DNA from: Hormiphora californensis
Taxonomy: Eukaryota > Animalia > Ctenophora
Reading direction: 5' to 3'
DNA length: 64,000 nt
Assembly (NCBI GenBank): GCA_020137815.1
Contig: CM035359.1
Location: 5,828,001-5,892,000, forward strand
Under the pieces are notes generated by a model. That model was not told where the DNA came from, searched no databases, and saw nothing but the letters and a program-made list of their open reading frames with translations. Below, one piece after another: positions 25,795 to 36,649 of this stretch. The translations under genes and the position numbers were made by a program. Each line of letters begins with the position of its first letter. The first letter of the stretch is position 1.

Positions 25795-27288
25795 GACGTA
25801 GTGTACTAGCAAGTTGTAGGACTCTACAACACAAGCATAACATGCAAAACGGATGAGAGAGAAAGGTTAAGTGAAAGATGAAGGGGAGAGAAAGAAAGAG
25901 AGTGTGATAGTCGATGGAGATAGAGAGATAGAAGGAAGGGGTGCGGATTATAATAAAGGAAGGGGAATATTCCAATAAGACCCTCTCGCCACCTGACCAT
26001 GTGTCAGTAGAGGGATTGAGAGAGAGAGTGTGTGTGTGATGTGAGAGAGAGAGAGAGAGAGTGCGTGAGCAATGAGCATCTTGCATCGCAGCTCACGCAA
26101 TTGCACAGTGTGTCACTAAATGGGCGTTGGGCCCTGACATATTTTATACCCTATTGCCAGACAGGCCACAGAAGTAGCAGCGCAACCCCAGCCCCTACTA
26201 AGTTTTATTGTGCAATAACCCCCTCCGACTAATTTATATCATGCAGTCTTACAGCTTACTACCAAATATCTTCTCTTACCGGTTGTGTTCTGTTGTCGTA
26301 TCGTGGTACCGTCATTTCAGGGTATTGTTGAGGCTGCTGACTTGCCGCGTAGTGGGGCGGTAACACTGCAGAGGAGAAGAGAGGTTAAAGACTTGGTGAT
26401 CATTGGTAATATCTATAGTGAAATCACAGCGTTGAAAAGCGACACGGGCAAAGAGATGGATAACAAGGCGGATCAGCCTGGTCCAATTCCCCAAACGTTA
26501 ACAATTCTAACCCTCTGTTCATATATCACGAACACAAGATTATTACTTATATCAGCATCCCTACCTGGAGCTGTTGCCGTTCCAGCAGATGGCATAACAT
26601 CATCGTCATCAAATGTAACGTACTTCCTCTCTCCGTTCATACTGGTGGCACTCGTGTCTGGAAGGGCGGGGTTTCTGGGTTAGTGTGCCAAAAGCAAAAT
26701 TACGCATACATACACACGGGAGATCGTGAGCAAAAATCTGGATTCCTTTTTTAAGGAATTGATAACGAAATTTCAGCCAGGTGCCAACCTGTATCAACTG
26801 ATAAAGTAAACTCATTTGAACGGCTCATGATGTACCGTTATACAGGTATAGCTCGAATGAAGCGTGTAGAACGAAATAAAACGAGTGTGGAGGGATGAGA
26901 AACACTGCCAACGGAAAGAGACAATGAGTAGCGATTCACGAGGCAGTGGTGTAAATTTCAGGCCCTAATTGGAAGATCAAGTTTCCATGTGCATACGTCA
27001 CAGTTACATGTGAGGGGAACGTGTCAAGTTTCCATGGTAACTGTAACGGATGAAATTGCTGACAAATGTAGTGTGTACTGTGTAACCATGGTAACTAGAG
27101 TGTAACCATGGTAACTAGAGTGTAACCATGGTAACTAGAGTGTAACCATGGTAACTAGAGTGTAACCATTGTAACTAGAGTGTAACCGGAACCATGGAGT
27201 GGCCAAATCATATTTGGGGGTGCATATTACAGCATCACTTACCGAGATTAACGTCTGCGAAGGAACTCATCGATGTGCTTGATGGCAT
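16879..27288 (-). CDS. ARFIP: Arfaptin (AH/BAR-domain Arf/Arl1 effector), multi-exon
   Basis: Minus-strand exons read LEQIKKWTITNYKYTKQLVGEKLGNTTKTVD (~24176-24304), ERISDLKIQK.., NGKGLLGAI..TMQDTILTVK, NYENARIEYDAYRNE (~17583-17691), KMNLLNENK, VMKQQLEMFNSAVIAYFSGNGEQL and ..KSFLARQE* (stop 16879-16881). These follow the arfaptin AH-domain motifs (EYDAYR; KQL.LFHNAVSAYFAGN). First exon MPSSTSMSSFADVNL is at 27288-27243. Two single-base frameshifts in short runs are probably sequence errors. Confidence 0.92.
18464..18505 (+). other. Genomic copy of a ctenophore-type spliced-leader exon forming the 5' end of a LINE
   Basis: GTTTCAAACTTCTCAACACTACTTTAAACAAATTAATTTGAG. It matches, from memory and not from a search, the Pleurobrachia SL (..TTCAACACTACTTTAAACAAATTAATTTGAG). 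It is followed by AAAGCC-ATG rather than a GT donor, so it is not an SL RNA gene. Confidence 0.8.
19757..20299 (+). CDS. LINE ORF1 C-terminal SGNH/GDSL esterase domain
   Basis: GDS, G, GTND and a C-terminal His block (GRLH) in the SGNH order; esterase domains are established in CR1/L2 ORF1 proteins. Confidence 0.85.
   Translation: MGDSMLKGLCLGGVKVFAYGGITIRGLHDKIVGFIPDSSTKTVTLLVGTNDLDSSLSIWSIVDRYIDLMEVVRRAYPNALINCINVLPRADIRDIGMDIVRLNRLLEDFVEMEVVGASWIRLFREYLDHCGCCPNLNLLARGRLHHSVKGKQILINCILRCIGRAIEYRRRYRADRVAGS
25090..25644 (-). CDS. Candidate alternative first coding exon of arfaptin (acidic, disordered, ~185 aa)
   Basis: Clean ORF MDQDTDEDRED.. ending at a phase-0 donor (AAAGTG|GTAGGT), compatible with the phase-0 exon MVAAPGAAHI at ~24979-24950. 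Confidence 0.6.
27028..27187. promoter_or_regulatory. Cluster of RFX X-box-like motifs, including a 20-bp tandem array, in arfaptin intron 1
   Basis: GTTTCCATGGTAAC at 27028-27041; GTAACCATGGTAAC at 27082, 27102, 27122 and 27142; a variant at 27162. Confidence 0.5.
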
Positions 27289-27639
27289 TGGGTGCTAGAA
27301 TCAAGGTAGAATTAGTTATTGATGCTTGCTGGGGTAATGTATAATAAGAAATTAAACACGGAGTGTATCTTATTTTAGCGACTTAAATAGAACGTAAACA
27401 AAATATCAATCAAAAAGAATAACCCTGATTTCAACTACCTACTATCCTATTATGTTACTCTAAAAACTCAGCGCAAAAGAGCTAAATCACACGTTTTTTA
27501 GATTTCCGATCGAATCTCACATCCCTCTTTCTAAAAGCGAATCCAGCTCATACAAGTATATTGTTCCCCAGATTACTGAACGTAAAGATAAATTAGGAAA
27601 CAGCGTCGTTCAATAAACCAACTGATAATAAATATGTGT

Positions 27640-28096
27640 CTAAAACAGAAGGCTATAGGGATACGATCTGTGTTTTAGTCTGAAGACTGCTAGTAGAACG
27701 GAGAAGAAGAAGACAACAAGAGCCAGTCCACCATACGCCATATCTGAAATAGAGAGAGGGAGAGTTACCAGCTGTTTAGAAATCAATTACTTCCAGACGG
27801 TTCTAATATAAACTGTAGTAGTGAACATGATAACTACATGGCCTGGTAAACCGATACAAGTGTTCAGGCTCTTGATCGTGTAAACTGGTAAAGTATAAAA
27901 TCAAAAGATTTAGACATTAAGGATGTAATCAAGGTGAGAAAGCAATGTGATGGATCTTGCAAAGCTAGTAATAAAGAGTGAGAGAAAGATGAGGTGCAAC
28001 ATCATTACACACTCAGACCACGTCAACATAGATACAAACACAGATGCAAAGGCACCTGGTATATACATAAAGTGAGTGTGAAATGAAAGAGAGAGA

Positions 28097-28153
<57 letters not shown>

Positions 28154-28175
28154 AGAGAGAGTGAGAGAGAGAGAG

Positions 28176-28220
<45 letters not shown>

Positions 28221-31200
28221 AGAGATTGTGTAAAAGAAGGAAACACCATACTGCACAAAGTAAACAACTGGTGAAGAAATCACAGTGGTGGAAATGAAGA
28301 AAAAGAGAGAGAGATGGAGAGAGGTTGAGAGAGAAAGTGAGCTAGAGAGAAAGAGAGATATAAAGATAGAGATATAGATAGAGAGATGCAGGCTGACTCA
28401 CATTTAGAGTTAGGGTTATTAGGATCCTTGGGTGCATCAGCCATCAGGATAAATCCAAATGCGATGGCTCCATTGACTACTGCAACAATGTAGCTCTCAG
28501 CCACAAACATCATGTTACTACTACCGTGGATAAAACTTGTTCTTCCTGAGCAGGGTTAACTTAAATTAAACTCAGATTTGATTTTCCCTTCCATCATTCC
28601 TATCTCTCTGTTTTTATATAACACTCAAACAACTGACCAATAACGTTCCTTCCTTACCTGAGGCCCGGTCGACGTGAGCGAAGGGGGCACCACGGATGTG
28701 CAGCCACATTTGTCCACTTGTCATGGCAAACATAATAAACTGGGGAGGGGAAGATGTGAGGATAATTTCAGAATGATTTCTCCAAGATTCACAGGATACA
28801 TACAGCTATAGGTAACAGATCTGTGACATCATCTCACTATCTAAAAGCACTTACCATGGCAGTGATGGCCCAGTATTTCCACTTGTAAAGGAAGTCCAAA
28901 CTGTTTCCTTTTATCAACAGAGTTCCTGATACCGCGAATAGGAATACTCCCAGTAAGATGGCAGTTGGTGTAGTTAGGGGGCCTGTAATAATGATAACAT
29001 TATTTATTTCAGTACCACTATTGACTATAGTCTATACCGGTATCTAAAAGGACAGTAATTAATCTTGTTGAAGCTCTCCTGACTCATTCTATTTTGGTCG
29101 TTAAATCCCCACAACGAAATAGTCCCCAAAGATAAGTTGCAGTTTTCCGATGACACTAACCTAATAACCTCGATGACAACCTCGCTCCTTTCCTTGACCC
29201 ATTTCGCCACTGCCTCAGCCGAAATTCCTCGCCTCTCAATATCAAACTTGTCCTCTGCCTTTCTCTTTCCACTGGCAGGGAAATGAAGAACTACCGGGGC
29301 TGATGTCAGCTTCAACTGTAGAGGGGTTTAGATATTGTTAAACCATTGGGAAAGGTACTAGCGTACTAAAGTACTATACTGGATAGGCCCAGTAAAACTT
29401 TAAAAGTTGGGCCCCGGGTATTCCAAACTCATTTCCTTGAGTTTTGGTACCAGATCAGATATAAACACAAACCCGCTGAAAGATGGACGCCCCACCATCA
29501 TAATCAACTACAGAGAAGAAAACACGATTATCAAAGGACCGGGAGTAACGGTGCGATTTGGCCAGCGTGATAAACTCACTGTGAGCTTCCCTGGGTTAGA
29601 GATTCAATTAATCATTGTTAATGCATGGGTGAGGTTGAAATTAAGCAAACGCCAAATAGCGTGTTAAACATTTACCATGCGTTTTCTCGCTCGATGAGAG
29701 AGTCTAACCAATAAATTAACAGAGAGCTAGTAATTATTAATTAAATGGAAGACGTGTACTTACTTGCATATTTTGCATTGACGGTTAGGGGCCAGCGCGG
29801 TAAACATGACAACCATACTGTAGTTTCTGGGCATCGTTCTGAAAGCAAAGCAACATTATTTCATGTGAAACAGCGTTTTTGGAGTCTGTTGATGGGCAAA
29901 ATTTTTCTTTTTTCTATCCCAACCAACATAGCTTGAAGCTTTCTCTCCCTTGATTCTTTTATACATAGAAAACTAGTAAGCTCTCACTCGCATTTGTATT
30001 GAAAGTTTTGTTGTGGCGAGCTGGATGGTGGGCGAGGGAGAGCAAGAAAGAAGAGATATATAGGGGGACAGAGAGAGAAGGGGAAATCAAGGTAAAGATA
30101 ACTACTATCTCTTCTCTCAAGTTTTATAAGAGAGAGAGAGAGAGAGAGCTGTTCCAATTCCATCTATTCTGGGCAGAGCGTTGTGTTGAACTCTTCTGTT
30201 CTAAGATCATACTACAACTAACAACTAGGTCCAGTTATCTAGATTATCTAGATTATCTGGATTATCTAGATGATCGTATGGGAGTGATTTTCCTAGTTTT
30301 GCTTCTGTCAGTTCCGCTAGGAGTTTACGGAAATTGCTCAACCACCAAACTTGCATCTATCAGTGAAGCAACATCAAGATCTATCTTCAAAAATGGTAAG
30401 TTTTAGCTCGTATTAGCCCGTATTAGCTCGTTTAGCTACATTTAAGACCGAGTACTACTACTACTGAACTACGAGTGCCTGAGCTTGCCAATGGCAATCC
30501 CATAGGGGACTATCGTAAAACGATATCGCCGTTACTAGGGTCTAGGAGAGTAGCCCCCCCAACCCCCACTGTTGACTGTTTATAGGAACTACCATTATAT
30601 GGCAGGGTGGAATACTTTAATTGGTCTATTAAGTTTTATCAAACTCTTTCAGAAAACAAACACATCGCTCAAAACGTTCTTGACAATGATATTAACACGA
30701 TGTTTCATTCACTTATCGATGAGAATCCTGAGTGGCTCAAGCTAAAGCTCACAGTGTCATCATGGGTTGACAGAGTGGTCATTATAAACAGGTAAATTAC
30801 AAGCCACTGAAGTCCGTAATTCATAATGCGTGTTGTATTATTTTTTGCCTAGCAGGATTTAATTTCGCAATTCGTGCACCCCGCCAGCAAAACACATGTA
30901 AAGGAGGGTTAGAACATAACACTTATTTTTGAATTCTTCAACTCATATTTAGCTTAAATGGGGCTGTAATTGTAATCGTGGCATACTAAATTAAAACTTC
31001 AATAGGTGTAAAAATGTCAATGCAAAAAGCTCAACCCGGCTTGCTGGAACTCAAATATTACTACTGGGAGCCACAACCAACACCACTTGCGGGACTATCT
31101 CAACAATAAACTCTAACATAGAATCTGTAGAGGACCAAACATACACTATTTCCTGCCCAAATACCAGCGAACCTACCATTGCTGTCTTCCTATATGATGA

Positions 31201-31902
31201 CACATCTAGTGAGACTAAAATCATAATGAACATCGCAGAGGTCATGGTGTATTCACACACGTGTGAGACGGAAACTAATATTGGTAAGTGGGTTTAAATA
31301 AATGTAAAATGAGGGGGGTTGGAGTCGAGTCCCCCAAAAGTAAATATTGGAATTTGGGGTTGTTTTGTTTGTTTATTGTGTCGGTGCTTGTTTCAGATGT
31401 GTAGCTTCAATTAATGTTTAAAAACTCTGTAAAAATTAGCAGGATTTTTGCAGAGTTGTGTTATGTCTTTGTTCCATGTTATCTAGTAATCGCAGAATAT
31501 TAGCACTCTAACTTTCTAGCAGGTGCACTGCCGCTTTATCTCTCACTTCCAACTTCCAATACCATATATGGTTTACATGACCATATATGGTCAGGTATGA
31601 TATTCCACCGGCTCCTTACCTGATGAAAGAACGATACTTGTCCTCGTCAAGTTTGATAACTGGTGACCGGTAACTCAACTCTGTCAGCTGCTCCACACGA
31701 GCTTCCAGAGACTGAAAGAGGTAAATATATTACGTCAGGGGGGTTAATGAAGGTAATAGGTATTGGTTACATGCAGGGTGGGCACCTCATTTTAGAGCTC
31801 GAAGTGATTCCGAAAAAGTTTAGAATGAGCGAGAGAATATTTTCTACTTACATTGGAAGACACGGCGGTGAGACATATCACCAGTACTAAAAACCTCAAC
31901 AT
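27640..31902 (-). CDS. MAGT1/TUSC3: OST3/OST6-family oligosaccharyltransferase subunit (MAGT1/TUSC3 homologue), complete, multi-exon
   Basis: Signal peptide [16 protein letters not shown]; [31 protein letters not shown] (31711-31620); [22 protein letters not shown] (CxxC); [22 protein letters not shown]; [15 protein letters not shown]; FVAESYIV; C-terminus [15 protein letters not shown] (stop 27640-27642). Confidence 0.95.
30278..31284 (+). CDS. Secreted F-type lectin / F5-8C-like domain protein nested antisense in a MAGT1 intron; 3' end uncertain
   Basis: Signal peptide [18 protein letters not shown]. Spliced frame gives [58 protein letters not shown], the motif order of F-type lectin/discoidin folds. 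Confidence 0.7.
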
Positions 31903-32220
31903 GCTCCTACTCGGAAGGACAGTGTTTAGTAATGTGAGTGTTTGTTATAACCATCCTTTACATTTGTAAAAGAGGGGCGTGGCAAAACAAGTGAATGTAA
32001 TGATTATATTTACAAATAGGAAAACAATTAATTGATATAATCGATCTAGATTCCAGGCATAATTAACATGAATGTACATAATTACAAAACTGAGATCTGC
32101 ATAACGTTCAAACCGGAATTTATTTTGGATTTGGGAAATCTAAAATAAGACCGCAAATTAAAGCAGTTAGCAGATGGATTTCCGTGATTTTCTTGCATGG
32201 GGGAAGAGCAAAGCAAGATG

Positions 32221-32290
<70 letters not shown>

Positions 32291-32413
32291 AATGTAGAAT
32301 TGAGAGAGATGAAGTTAGGAGAGAATGATTACTCGCTCTGATTAAATACTTGGGTGTGTGGGTTCTATGTTGTGTTGTTGTCCACTGTCTACTTGTCTCT
32401 CTCTCCCTGCCTG

Positions 32414-32491
<78 letters not shown>

Positions 32492-32915
32492 CCCTCTCTC
32501 TCTATCCCTCTCCCTCTCCTTCTCTCTCTCTCCCCCACTCTCTCTCTCTCTTTCTCTGCTAATCTTGTTAGAAACGTCGTAAACCCCGTTGTCTTCAAAG
32601 CCTTACTGAGCTTTGTTTGCAATGTCAACTCTCTGTTTAATATCTCTTTCTCTACAGAAGAGCTCTGTTTTCCTAAACGTACATTTTCATAATTCGCTAT
32701 TGCTCAACGTCCGGTCTTGGTAAATTGTATTCACATAGTACTGTGTATGTGTTAACCACTGGTTACGAATTTAGAATATCCTTCATTTCCATTCTCCCTT
32801 GCCTTCTCTTGCTTACTCTCTATCTACTGATTTGTTATGTTCTAACCTTTGTAAGAAAGGAGAGAGAGTAGGTCAAACAAGACAAATACTGATACTGACT
32901 CTGAGTTCTAGAGCT

Positions 32916-35900
32916 ATGACATATCGGAGGCTTTTTATTGCATTCCTTGCTGTTTTATATGTGAATAAATCAGAAGCTAAGAAGCCAGAAAGCCAGTCTT
33001 GTCCTAAGACAACAGGTGCGTAAAACTCCATACTTTCGTAGCAGGATTTAGGCGACTGTTGTCTAGTGGTAGACTAGTAGCCAGAGGTGTTAATAGCTGT
33101 TCGAATTACCCACAACTAAACATGGATTCACGTTGTATTCCAGTGTGACTGTCTAAAGATTGAAAACATGTCTAGGTGACCAAGACTGGTGCACATGGAC
33201 TTCTTACAAGTGCTGCCCTGGATACGGTTGCTGTGGACCAGAGTCAACCTGCTGTTGGAGGCTTGGCAGGTGATTTAAACCAAAATGAACAAATTTCTTT
33301 TCGATTTCAGTACGATTACATATTTCAAAAGTTTTCAATCTACATAGTTCACCTTCTAACGTGAATATGGTCTATAAACCATAAATGTTTAGGGAGGGGA
33401 AGTTAGCAGAGGGGTGTTGTACACCAGAGGAGCAGTGCTGTAGTTCCGAGTCTGGTGGGAAATGTTGTCCCACAGATGCCAGGTACACATAGATTTTCTC
33501 TTTTGAGAATGTCATTATACAACAAAATTTTCGATATTTTTTCCCTGCCCGGGTGAACCATTCACCCGGATGATCTTTTTAGCACGTGCTAAAAAGATCA
33601 TTCAGGGTTTATTTGCTAGTAAATACAGCGTATCTGAGGTGTTTATTGAACATGACAGAATCATCACCGTAGTTATATATATATATCGGTATCATTACTA
33701 ACTAATTTCACTCCTCAGGTGTTGTACAGATAGTAGGGGAGTTGTCTCTTGTTGCACTAAAACATCACCAGTTGATCGAGTTCTATTTGCTCTTGGAGGG
33801 TGTAAGTACTTAGCAGAATACAATATTCACTGGAGTGTACCCGGGCCTTTTTTTAGGCCAGTCATATGACGTCGATATATCGCTGAAAAAGGAAGTAATT
33901 GATCTAAAAGCGATTCCACTTCCAGGGCACTCCAATGGGTCTCTACAACCACCAAAAAAATTTACCGCGGGTACCGCGATGGAGAAATCGGTCATTTCCG
34001 GGTTTATTTTGCACCTGCATAAATATAGGCTAGGACGAATGCGATATACGGTAAAAACCGTCTTTGGAAACAAGTAGGGTAAGCTGGGGCGAAAGTGGCC
34101 CATTTTTAACGTTTTAGGTTCTAAAATACGCAATTTATACAGCAGGAAGAAAAAAATTATATAGGCTATCCAATGAAACCTTTTCCTTTCAGCCGAGCTA
34201 AATTTTAAAATCTACAAGTTTTATTTAATGGGTTAATTAATCAATTCAAATATTTTGGTGAGGCGTTTTTTTGGAAAATTTGCACCGGGGCAAAGTGGCC
34301 CAAGCCAATAGCATTGCTCGATTTTATCACGTGCCTGGTGTTGTTAGACGAAACGATCAAACTAGGGGCAAAGTGGCCCATGTTCTGCACCGGAACATGG
34401 GCCACTTTGCCCCTAATTTGATCGTCTGTACTACATTTTTGTGCATTCCAATGTCACGTGGTATTGCAGGCGCCATTTCATTGGTCCTAGAGGTGGGCCA
34501 ATTTGCCCCAGACCGGACCACTTTGCCCCGGAGAGTGGGCCATATTCGCCCCGATTTCACAAAATTGACAATTAAGACAACAAAAATGCCAATTTCTTCA
34601 AAAATTTTTATACCACGTTTTAGAGAATTATAAAGCCTAACTGGCAGTTTTTGCAAAATTAAAATCGGCCAACCCAAACAGAAATGACAGCAGTTTTAAA
34701 GCGAAAATTCGGAACAGAACGAGCAGGTCTCCGCTGGAGAAAAAGTCACGTGACCACATGTAATAACTAGGGCCACTTTGCCCCATACATGGGCCACTTT
34801 ACCCCGCGGGCCATTTCACCCCAGCTTACCCTAGAAAAGAAATCAAGGGCACTAAAGTGTGTAGCGTCCTCGCATTAGTGGGGGTAGGTGCTGGAATTAA
34901 GTCTCTATCTTATCAGGTTAATTAGATAATTGGATAATTAGATGCGCACATAGCCGTTTTATGGTTATACGGTAAAAACCATCTTTGGAATGGAGTAGAG
35001 AAAAAACCGAGGGTACTAGAGTGATCAGCGTCCTCGAATTAGTGGGGGTAGGTACCAAAATTAAGTTCCTATCTCATCGCGTTAGTTAGATAATTGGATA
35101 ATTAGGTATGCGCATAACCGTTTTTAGGTTACATGGCTATAGCCACTTAGGAATGGTTTAGAGACTTTTCATTGGTGCCATTTTGTAGGCAATAGCCAAG
35201 TTATTGGGGGTCGACGTCGGACTTTTAAGCTCTATATTCAACCGTTTAGCCGTTATTTGGCTTTAAAGGTGCTCAAAGTGAGCAACAAAGCGGTAAAAAG
35301 ACCGATTTTGAGCACCTTTAAAGCCATATAACGGCTAAATGGTTGAATATAGAGCTTAAAAGTCCGACGTCGACCCCCCATAACTTGGCTATTGCCTACA
35401 AAATGGCACCAATGAAAAGTCTCTAAACCATTCCTAAGTGGCTATAGCCATGTAACCTAAAAACGGTTATGCACATACCTAATTATCCAATTAACTAATT
35501 AACGCGATGAGATAGGAACTTAATTTTGGTACCTACCCCCACTAATTTGAGGACGCTGATCACTCTAGTACCCTCGGTTTTTTCTCTACTCCATTCCAAA
35601 GATGGTTTTTACCGTATAACCATAAAACGGCTATGTGCGCATCTAATTATCCAATTATCTAATTAACCTGATAAGATAGAGACTTAATTCCAGCACCTAC
35701 CCCCACTAATGCGAGGACGCTACACACTTTAGTGCCCTTGATTTCTTTTCTACTTGTTTCCAAAGACGGTTTTTACCGTATATCGCATTCGTCCTAGGCT
35801 ATATTTATGCAGGTGCAAAATAAACCCGGAAATGACCGATTTCTCCATCGCGGTACCCGCGGTAAATTTTTTTGGTGGTTGTAGAGACCCATTGGAGTGC

Positions 35901-36555
35901 CCTGGAAGTGGAATCTCTTTTAGATCAATTAGTTCCATTTCACAACGTCATATGACTGGCCTATTTAGTTACTCAAAATATCGTTTGAACTGGCCTTTAT
36001 CAGTCCTTATTTGAGCGAGCCCAAGTCACTAGCCCTAATTTCTCACAGTTCAGAGTGTAGTTCTCGCTTTGCTGGTATTCTACCACTATGTGTGGGATAG
36101 ACACAACTCCAAAGCTGATATCTGCTCCTGTTCCAAGTGTAAAGAAAGGTAAATATTTATGTGTAATTGTAATGTTTGAGATCTCAAACATTACAATTAC
36201 ATGATGATCTAGCATGAACCTAGATGCTCTCCGTCGAAAGGAATCTTGAATTTATTAGTGCAAAGAATGCGAAGATTAGTAGTAGTAAACGCTTTCAACT
36301 TGACTGCATGTTGAAACTGACTATTTTCCAGATCAAGAATGGAAAGTCTCCGGTACAGAAGGATAGTTGAAGAAGTGGACGAGGACGAAGAGTACAACGA
36401 GTAAGATCAATTGGTGTTAAATTTCTGTAGAGAGAATAGCTCCTACCGACAATTTATTGTTTATTTCGTGTGGGAACTTAAAAATATTTTTTGCATCTTT
36501 TTTTAGTCCAGATAAAACTGAGAGAGGACCAAGTGAAGTTACCTTACCAACGTCA
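32916..36555 (+). CDS. Single-pass type I membrane protein with a CC-rich ectodomain; 3' end lost in poor sequence
   Basis: Signal peptide MTYRRLFIAFLAVLYVNKSEA; exons GCCTPEEQCCSSESGGKCCPTDA and RCCTDSRGVVSCCTK; TM segment VLFALGGFQSVVLALLVFYHYVW; cytoplasmic ICSCSKCK and an acidic tail; exon phases are consistent. Confidence 0.7.
33856..35961. mobile_element. Foldback (near-perfect palindromic) non-autonomous DNA element, ~0.65-kb arms, intronic
   Basis: TA|GGCCAGTCATATGACGT ... ACGTCATATGACTGGCC|TA; the arms pair up to a ~29-nt spacer at 35278-35306, which explains the mirror-image ORFs 33835-34077 and 35750-35938. Confidence 0.9.
34077..34831. mobile_element. 755-bp TA-duplicating MITE (pogo/mariner type) nested in the left arm of the foldback element
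   Basis: TIR GGGTAAGCTGGGG(C/T)GAAA..GGCC with internal GGGGCAAAGTGGCCC subrepeats; the other arm shows the empty site with a single TA (35751-35752). Confidence 0.9.
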
Positions 36556-36649
36556 GGTAAACACTGCCTTAATTTACTATTATTTTACTAACTTGTATAA
36601 AGTTTGTAAAATCTAAAGCGCTTCTTCTATCCTCCGGGAAAAAATTTGC

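Noticed and set aside
33810-36014. Mirror-image ORF pair as duplicated genes
   Set aside because: By-product of the palindromic element; no recognisable protein motifs.
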